A stretch of 64,000 bases of DNA from assembly GCA_009889625.1 (NCBI GenBank), contig WTZU01000003.1, positions 4,131-68,130 on the forward strand, given 5' to 3'. The notes below the pieces were generated by a model that was not told where the DNA came from, did no database searches, and saw only the letters and a list, made by a program, of their open reading frames with translations. Made by a program: the position numbers and the translations under genes. How positions within the stretch are numbered: the stretch's first letter is position 1; each line of letters starts with the position of its first letter. This document shows, piece by piece, positions 57,571 to 64,000 of the stretch. This stretch comes from Candidatus Hikarchaeia archaeon HikBin5. Lineage in GTDB: Archaea; Halobacteriota; Halobacteria; Halobacteriales; Hikarchaeaceae.

Positions 57571-58575
57571 TTACAACAATCTCTCAATCGCACCTTTGAA
57601 TTCTTTTGCTTGATTTTTTTCGGTTAAACCCCACACGCCTTTTCTTTGCATCTCCCCCCTTTCGATTCTTTCACCTTCTCCCATTTCATAACACTTCAAT
57701 AGACATTCGTATATCCTCTCTTCTGTAGCTGGAATTATCTGATCTTCTGGAGCTAGTTCTTTGGTACCTACGTGTTCCGTAAGAATAGTTGGAGTTGCAG
57801 ACAACATAGCTTCTAAACTAGCTACTGGAAACGCATCCGCTATGGATGGTTGGATGTATATGCTTGAATTATCTAATATTTGGACCAATTCGCTAATGGA
57901 AACTATTCCTGGGGTTTCTATTTGCATTTGTCTTGCATATTCTTCTTTTTCATGCCCTTCTCCCACTAAAATCAATCTAGCTTGCAGGTCCATCTCATTT
58001 CTAAACATCTCAAACGATTTGCATAGGCGGTGATAATTTTTTGAAGGCCGTGCATTTCCCACAGATACCACTGTAAATCCATTTTGACTCGACTTTGGTT
58101 TCAATTTGGATAGTAGCTTATATTTTTTATTTTCGATAGGAGGGTGGACGATTTCATATGGCAAAGGACCTATATATGGTTCACACCATCGATACGCAAG
58201 ATCACTTACTGAAATACACCCTTTTAATGTTCCATTGACTACTGGTTTAATAACTTTCCATAAATACCTAGTTTTCCTCTGATTCAGAGTATGGAATGTT
58301 TCATCTGAGATCAAAAATATTGATTTGGCATCTCTATTTTTTATATTATTGTAAACAAGCAATGTTTGCAAAACTGATGAACCCTCTGCTACCATTATTC
58401 CATATTCTTTTGGTAGTTTAATGCCCGTCCCAATACGTCTAATGATACTATCCATCTCATTTTTGCCCCCCTTTCCTCCTTCAAAGTGTTCATATTCGCA
58501 ATTTATAGAATCCCCAAACACCTTATGGGCATGATGAGGTGCTTCTCCTTGGTAAACCATACATACTCGCGACAT
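57571..58575 (-). CDS. GT4-like glycosyltransferase
   Basis: PSIADAFPVASLEAMLSATPTI is the GT-B C-terminal motif. It is divergent from aglB. Confidence 0.7.
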   Translation of the reverse strand: MSRVCMVYQGEAPHHAHKVFGDSINCEYEHFEGGKGGKNEMDSIIRRIGTGIKLPKEYGIMVAEGSSVLQTLLVYNNIKNRDAKSIFLISDETFHTLNQRKTRYLWKVIKPVVNGTLKGCISVSDLAYRWCEPYIGPLPYEIVHPPIENKKYKLLSKLKPKSSQNGFTVVSVGNARPSKNYHRLCKSFEMFRNEMDLQARLILVGEGHEKEEYARQMQIETPGIVSISELVQILDNSSIYIQPSIADAFPVASLEAMLSATPTILTEHVGTKELAPEDQIIPATEERIYECLLKCYEMGEGERIERGEMQRKGVWGLTEKNQAKEFKGAIERLL

Positions 58576-58639
58576 ATCGTAACAACTTTTTACCTTTCCG
58601 CAAAAGCTCTTCCGACATAATCAAATTGCACCTTCAATA

Positions 58640-61501
58640 ATGAAAAATACTCTCTCCTCTATTCTATCGGAAATCAAAACATATCGTTTCATCGAAAAAC
58701 GATATGCAGAACTTTCTCTCATTCTTATCTTTTTATTTATGTTTTCCACTCGGATCAAGCCTTATTCCTCTTATTTTATAAACGATCAGATATATCTAGC
58801 TGGAAATGATCCTTGGTACCACCTCCGAATGGTCACTTACACAGTTCACCATTGGCCCTCAACTATGCCTTTTGATCCCTGGACAAATTTCCCATACGGA
58901 ACTCATGTTGGGCAATTTGGAACTTTATATGATCAAATTGTAGCAACATTCGCTTTGATTGTTGGGTTGGGCAGTCCCTCCTCTGAACTAATAATAACAG
59001 TACTTATCCTCACTCCTGCATTAATTGGCTCTTTACTCGTATTTCCCACTTATTTTATAGCCAAACATTTTGGAGGTAAAAGCGGCGGTATCTTTGCTGC
59101 ATCTTTATTGGCCCTCTTCCCTGGGGTATTTTTCCAACGAAGTATAGCAGGCTTTGCAGATCACCACGTCGCAGAAGTATTTTTCCAAGCCATGGCCATT
59201 TTGACTTTATTATTTGCAATAAATGTCATCCTCGAAGAAAGACCCGTTTGGGAATTAATAGAAACAAAAGATTTCCATAGCTTAAAACGATCTATGGTTT
59301 GGGGAATATTAGTGGGAATTTCAACGCTACTATACCTTTGGGTTTGGCCCCCCGGGGTTATTTTATTGGGTATATTTGGCATATTCTTCCTCATTAGATT
59401 GACTCGGGATCATCTTTCTGGATTTAATACAGATTATGTGGCATTTCTTGGAACTATCAGCATGACATTTGTAGGGTTACTTCTTCTAATATCTGTGGAT
59501 ATCCCGTTTCCTGCAGAAATCACATCTGGATTGAATTTCCGAGTTACTAGCATCTCCCTTCTACACCCTATGATTGCATTTTCTATAGCTGTTGGGTGTG
59601 CTTTCTTAGCATGGCTTTCACGGTTTTTATCCAACCGAACTCTCCCACGCTGGTGGTATCCAATTTCACTTTTTGTTTTATTGTGCCTTTCCGTCCTCGT
59701 ATTACATGTACTTTTCCCAGATGTCTTTGGAATTTTACGAAGAAATTTGATACGAACCTTTGGTTTCAATATCTCGGCCGGAACTCGCACCATTGCTGAG
59801 GCAGTGTCATTTTTATCATTAGCAGATCCTGAGTTGGGTATCAGTTGGGTCGATGTAATCCGTCAAGAGTATGGGTATGCATTTTTCATAGCACTTCTCA
59901 CTCCGTTTATATCATTAAAAAATTATATGGATGGAAAAAAATCTGAGTCTGGCATTTTGCTTTTGTTTATTTGGTCACTTTTAATTGGGGCAGCCGCTTT
60001 TACCCAGGGAAGATTCAATTACTATTTAGTTGTCCCCATTGCGGTGCTAAATGCATATGCATTCAAATACTTCTTACAACAACTTAACATAGGAAAAATT
60101 AGAACTATCAAACCATATCAATTTGGAGCAATCATCGTAGTCATTCTTTTACTAATGGTCCCACTAGCGATTCCCATCCAAATAGGATCTAACGGTACTG
60201 AACCCCTAAGCACATACACGGTTTTTGACATCACCGATAGCATACCTTTGGAAGAGGTATCTCGTTGGGATCCTGCTCTTCTTTGGATGAAAACTGAAAC
60301 ACCCGCAGTAGGAAATTATGGCGGTGCGAACAATGAACTAGATTATTATGCAACTGTAAAATCTAATAACCTTGGCAAAAATGCTGCAGGGGATTTCGCA
60401 TATATGGATGGAACCTATGGTGTGATGTCATGGTGGGATTATGGCCATTGGATGCTCTTAAGGGCCGAAAGAATCCCCGTTTCCAACCCCTTCCAGGAAA
60501 ATGCTGCCATTTCGGCAAATTACTTACTCGCCCAAAGCGAATTAGAATCCGAGCAAATCCTTTCTGAAATCGACGAAGGATCTGGAGTTCGATACGTGGC
60601 AATAGATTGGCAGATGGTTGCACCTGGAGCGAAACTCCACGGTCCTGCAACATTCAAGGAAGGTGTTTCTATCCTTGATTATCAAAACTATCTGTTCCAA
60701 GAAGTTTCTGGAGAATATCAGCTAGCTCATCTCTTACACACTCCTTCTTACTATAATGCCCAAATGGTTCGACTTTATCATTATCATGGTAGTGCAATTT
60801 CCCCTGCCCCTGTCGTTATAGATTGGCAGCCAATACCTGGATTTAATCCCGAACACTACCGATCGCATCAGAAAAATGAAGAATCTTCTACAATTTTCTC
60901 AAACTTTGACACCTTGGATGAGGCTAGATATTTTACTCAAAATAATCCTACATCCCAAATAGGTGGAATTGGTACTTTTTCCTCAGAAGAGATACCTGCA
61001 CTTGAACATTATAGATTGGTTTATGCTACTCCAGATGTGGTCCAAATCTCTCCCTATTATGTCCACACACCATCTTCTTGGGTTAAAATATTTGAGCGTG
61101 TTCCTGGGGCAACCATTATTGGAATGGCTCCTCCAAATACTTCTATATCTGCCATGGTTGCTATGCATGTCCCCACAACAAATTCCACATTCCACTATGT
61201 CCAACATACCACCTCTGATTCTTCTGGAGAATTCAAAATGGTGGTTCCTTATTCAACTAGTGGTTATGGCGATCTCACACCTCAAGATGGTTACACAAAT
61301 GTTGACGTACGTGCGTTGGGTCCGTATTATTTCACCACTCCTTCATCTACCCACCAGGGATCTGTGCACGTCCCAGATTCCTCCGTAAATGGACTAGATT
61401 CTCCCATTTATATTGAATTAAAAGATAACTTCTGGGATCTATGTGACTGTGTTTGGGATGATGATATTGGAATTATTACGTCCAAGGAATCTCAATCATG
61501 A
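58640..61501 (+). CDS. aglB: Archaeal oligosaccharyltransferase AglB (STT3 family)
   Basis: 953 aa with 13 N-terminal TM helices and the first-loop motif AGNDPWYHLR. The catalytic WWDYGHW is encoded at 60431-60451, followed by a large C-terminal soluble domain. Confidence 0.95.
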   Translation: MKNTLSSILSEIKTYRFIEKRYAELSLILIFLFMFSTRIKPYSSYFINDQIYLAGNDPWYHLRMVTYTVHHWPSTMPFDPWTNFPYGTHVGQFGTLYDQIVATFALIVGLGSPSSELIITVLILTPALIGSLLVFPTYFIAKHFGGKSGGIFAASLLALFPGVFFQRSIAGFADHHVAEVFFQAMAILTLLFAINVILEERPVWELIETKDFHSLKRSMVWGILVGISTLLYLWVWPPGVILLGIFGIFFLIRLTRDHLSGFNTDYVAFLGTISMTFVGLLLLISVDIPFPAEITSGLNFRVTSISLLHPMIAFSIAVGCAFLAWLSRFLSNRTLPRWWYPISLFVLLCLSVLVLHVLFPDVFGILRRNLIRTFGFNISAGTRTIAEAVSFLSLADPELGISWVDVIRQEYGYAFFIALLTPFISLKNYMDGKKSESGILLLFIWSLLIGAAAFTQGRFNYYLVVPIAVLNAYAFKYFLQQLNIGKIRTIKPYQFGAIIVVILLLMVPLAIPIQIGSNGTEPLSTYTVFDITDSIPLEEVSRWDPALLWMKTETPAVGNYGGANNELDYYATVKSNNLGKNAAGDFAYMDGTYGVMSWWDYGHWMLLRAERIPVSNPFQENAAISANYLLAQSELESEQILSEIDEGSGVRYVAIDWQMVAPGAKLHGPATFKEGVSILDYQNYLFQEVSGEYQLAHLLHTPSYYNAQMVRLYHYHGSAISPAPVVIDWQPIPGFNPEHYRSHQKNEESSTIFSNFDTLDEARYFTQNNPTSQIGGIGTFSSEEIPALEHYRLVYATPDVVQISPYYVHTPSSWVKIFERVPGATIIGMAPPNTSISAMVAMHVPTTNSTFHYVQHTTSDSSGEFKMVVPYSTSGYGDLTPQDGYTNVDVRALGPYYFTTPSSTHQGSVHVPDSSVNGLDSPIYIELKDNFWDLCDCVWDDDIGIITSKESQS

Positions 61502-62433
61502 ACGAATTAATTGGGAAGCTACTTCAGATATATTTAAAAGGGATCTTCATTGGAATTGCAAATATAGTCCCTGGACTTTCGGGAGGTACAATTGCTCTTA
61601 TTCTTGGTATCTATGATAGACTTCTATCCTGCATTTCTGAATTCAATTTATCATTATTTTCTAATATGGCTCGATCATGGGATCCATCATATAGGGGTCA
61701 GTTTAAATTTTCCATCAACAAATTAGACCTGCCATTCTTAATACCCATTTCCTTCGGAATATTGACTGCAATAGTTCTTTTATCCAATTTTATTTCCTTT
61801 TCATTTACCCATTTCCGGGCATTCTCCAATTCATTTTTTCTAGGTATTTTGGTTATGTCACTTATCTTGCTTTCCAGTGAAATAAATTTAGATTCCATTC
61901 CCCGATTACTATATGTTGTCTTTGCATTTACTATCTCTTTTATTTTATCCGGAAGCGTTTCTTCAATTCAAACCTCTCCTGGATCTGCCTATATCTTTAT
62001 TTCTGGCATGTTAGTAAGCTTGGCAATGTTACTCCCTGGTATCTCTGGGGCAGCATTATTGTATCTCTTGGGTTTTTATGAATTCCTCCTCGCAACTTTT
62101 AATGAATTCCTACTCTCATTACCCTCTCTTATGGTGGGAAATTATCACTCGATTCTACAACCCGGACTAACACTTTCTGTGTTTGGATTAGGTTTCTTAA
62201 TCGGATTGGTTAACTCCGCAAAATTTGTAAAAATGGCCTTAAATAAAAACCGAGAAACAACTATGTCCATTTTATTAGCTTTGATGGTTGGCTCTTTCAG
62301 GTTTCCAATATCGGAAATAATAAACAATACTCAATCCTCCAATTTTGAATCTATTTTATTGGTTTTATTCTTTTTCTTTATAGGTGCCTTTGCGCCCTAT
62401 TTATTATCAAAGGTCTATGGTCCATCCACTTAG
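61498..62433 (+). CDS. DUF368 family membrane protein (PopT-like polyprenyl-phosphate translocase family)
   Basis: GIANIVPGLSGGTIALILGIYDRL is followed by a second half-repeat, AMLLPGISGAALLYLLGFYEFL. The ATG at 61498 overlaps the aglB TGA (ATGA). Confidence 0.8.
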   Translation: MNELIGKLLQIYLKGIFIGIANIVPGLSGGTIALILGIYDRLLSCISEFNLSLFSNMARSWDPSYRGQFKFSINKLDLPFLIPISFGILTAIVLLSNFISFSFTHFRAFSNSFFLGILVMSLILLSSEINLDSIPRLLYVVFAFTISFILSGSVSSIQTSPGSAYIFISGMLVSLAMLLPGISGAALLYLLGFYEFLLATFNEFLLSLPSLMVGNYHSILQPGLTLSVFGLGFLIGLVNSAKFVKMALNKNRETTMSILLALMVGSFRFPISEIINNTQSSNFESILLVLFFFFIGAFAPYLLSKVYGPST

Positions 62434-62442
62434 TTTTACATA

Positions 62443-63567
62443 TCAAAGTGGCTCCAAATGCGTTCTACAATCCTCTGAATTGCCAAACATTTCTGCAATT
62501 TCATCACTAACTCTTTCTGCCATTAATCGATACGTTGTCAATTTTCCCCCTGTTATGCTAATTAAATTTTCTATCTCTTCATGATTTGTTATCTGAAATC
62601 CCCTTCCTTCTTTTCTATCTCTTGACCTCTTGGTTCCTACTGATTTCAATGGACGAATTCCCCAATAAACTCTATTCACCCTTGCAAATTTTATTTTTGG
62701 GCACATAAGTGCACATTCATCTATTAGTTCTTGAATTTCTTTCTCATTTCCGTTTTTCTCATCAAGATTTTCTATTGGTACACTAGTAGTTCCTATTATT
62801 GATTTCCCATACCTCGGAATAATTATGTCACCGTCACTAGCTGGCCTACACCGATTCAATATTTTTTCTACACCATGATCAACTTCTACCATTGCCCCTC
62901 GTGTGGGTTTCATTTCCATAGAACTCCCAAGTAATCTCGCAATTTCACCTGCCCATGCACCTCCCGCATTGATTAAATACTCTCCTCTTATTTCTCTTTT
63001 AATTCCTCTTGTCTCCATTTCTATACTTTCAATAGAATCTTTTCTTTTTTTCACTCCTGAAATTTTCGTATTTTCAAATATCCTTGCTCCATGCTTCTTT
63101 GCATTATTTGCAGTAGCTGACACTATTTTTTCTGGAAATACAACTGAATCTGGTACTGCCATTCCTCTATCAATTCTTGGTGATAATGTAGGAATCGTCT
63201 CTATCATTTTCTCCTTTGATATCACTCTATTTTCAATTTCACATTCTTCACAGGCTATTATTTTTTTGTGGAAATATTCCTCTTCATCTCCCTTTACCAA
63301 TACAAAATATCCTCCTGTCTCTTCAATACACCCGCGTGCTATTTGCTTTAATATTCTATTTTCTTTTATACAATCTCTCGCGACTCCTGGATCAGTTTCT
63401 GCATATCTAGCTCCGCTGTGAAGTAATCCATGAGAATTTATTGTTGCGCCATTTCCAATTTCTCCCTTCTCTATCAATGCAACTTGGTAGCCTCTCATCG
63501 ATAGGTCTCGGGCAATCCCAACTCCCGTAATCCCGCCCCCTATTATGACCACCTTGTATTTTTCCAT
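62443..63567 (-). CDS. FAD-dependent oxidoreductase, GlpA-like (glycerol-3-phosphate dehydrogenase family), short form
   Basis: VVIIGGGITGVGIARDLSMRGYQVALIEKGEIGNGATINSHGLLHSGARY closely parallels the GlpA N-terminus. At 374 aa it lacks the C-terminal BFD-like domain. Confidence 0.8.
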   Translation of the reverse strand: MEKYKVVIIGGGITGVGIARDLSMRGYQVALIEKGEIGNGATINSHGLLHSGARYAETDPGVARDCIKENRILKQIARGCIEETGGYFVLVKGDEEEYFHKKIIACEECEIENRVISKEKMIETIPTLSPRIDRGMAVPDSVVFPEKIVSATANNAKKHGARIFENTKISGVKKRKDSIESIEMETRGIKREIRGEYLINAGGAWAGEIARLLGSSMEMKPTRGAMVEVDHGVEKILNRCRPASDGDIIIPRYGKSIIGTTSVPIENLDEKNGNEKEIQELIDECALMCPKIKFARVNRVYWGIRPLKSVGTKRSRDRKEGRGFQITNHEEIENLISITGGKLTTYRLMAERVSDEIAEMFGNSEDCRTHLEPL

Positions 63568-63658
63568 CGAACTTACTTATCTTCTAATCTGCATTAGACT
63601 TTTCGTCGAAACTCTCCAACCGATAGACTCATTTTTTAGTATTGTTAGTTTCAACCCA

Positions 63659-64000
63659 ATGAACCCTCCTCTTGCTATAGATATAGATGGTACAATGTCT
63701 CGCGAAGATCGATCCATTGAAGGAAGAATATTTGATACACTTAGAAAATGGGAGGGTACAATCGTAATTGCAACAGGAAAAGCAGTACCCTATCCCATAG
63801 CGCTTTGTGAGTATATTGGTATTGATATACTAGTTGTAGCAGAGAACGGAGGCATTGTTGTTCACCACAATGAACTTATACCCACTTTTGATACTTCTTC
63901 TTTATCCGAATTTGACAAAGCATTTCGTGGAGATGGCCATGACTATGGTTGGCCTGGATCCGATCTGGTAAATCGATGGAGACAAACAGAAATAGCAGCT
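63659..64000 (+). CDS. HAD-superfamily phosphatase (archaeal phosphoglycolate phosphatase-like). It is partial, with the C-terminus beyond the window end.
   Basis: My translation from the ATG at 63659 is MNPPLAIDIDGTMSREDRSIEGRIFDTLRKWEGTIVIATGKAVPYP.... It shows HAD motif I (DIDGT) and motif II (ATGK), and stays open to the window edge (114 codons). Confidence 0.65.
   Translation, partial: MNPPLAIDIDGTMSREDRSIEGRIFDTLRKWEGTIVIATGKAVPYPIALCEYIGIDILVVAENGGIVVHHNELIPTFDTSSLSEFDKAFRGDGHDYGWPGSDLVNRWRQTEIAA

Noticed and set aside
62903-63421. A 172-aa plus-strand ORF, with similar long antisense ORFs at 33307-33660, 33596-33919, 46730-47122, 47442-47855 and 38630-39049.
   Set aside because: All lie opposite genes with strong family motifs (GlpA-like, XDH large subunit, Gfo/Idh/MocA, ABCB exporter). 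They have hydrophobic, low-complexity composition. Long antisense ORFs are expected in AT-rich genomes with few stop codons on the complement.

Overview
About 64 kb of densely coding (roughly 95%), low-GC archaeal chromosome, with GC judged by eye only. Genes are tightly packed, with many ATGA or 4-8 nt overlaps between neighbours.

Content from left to right:
- A RecJ-like DHH phosphoesterase, truncated at the window edge.
- An aminotransferase and ribH.
- A GT-C-like (Agl23/TIGR03663-like) membrane protein.
- A complete 11-subunit-type nuo operon, nuoA-B-CD-H-I-J-K-L-M-N, with C and D fused and no nuoEFG.
- A CBS-ParB fusion and acetyl-CoA synthetase.
- A long plus-strand respiratory block: three uncharacterised membrane or zinc-finger genes, then coxB-A-C-D, ctaB and a CxxC membrane protein.
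- Housekeeping and accessory metabolism: ABC-2 exporter, DUF420, class I FBA plus class I FBPase, an xanthine-dehydrogenase-family FAD/FeS/Mo enzyme with neighbouring Asp/Glu-racemase-superfamily and decarboxylase-like genes, MFS, tRNA-Val(UAC), ABCB exporter, creatininase-family, MptD-like, Udh-like SDR, and an amidohydrolase_2 plus Rieske pair.
- From about 45.6 to 62.4 kb, a visibly more AT-rich N-glycosylation island: Gfo/Idh/MocA, Wzx-like flippase, three GT4, one GT2, FkbM methyltransferase and AglB/STT3.

The most unusual content is inside that island:
- Two tandem PF14907-like nucleotidyltransferases and two HprK-like P-loop proteins sit among the glycosylation genes.
- A DUF368 (PopT-like polyprenyl-phosphate translocase family) gene is translationally coupled to aglB.

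Gene content looks Halobacteria-like: fused NuoCD, a fba-fbp pair, CBS-ParB and an extended CtaB. The proteins, however, are lysine-rich and not hyperacidic. This suggests a non-halophilic relative such as a marine euryarchaeal lineage, but that is inference only.

All calls rest on motif recognition in the supplied translations and on my own translation of the two edge-truncated genes. No database search was possible.
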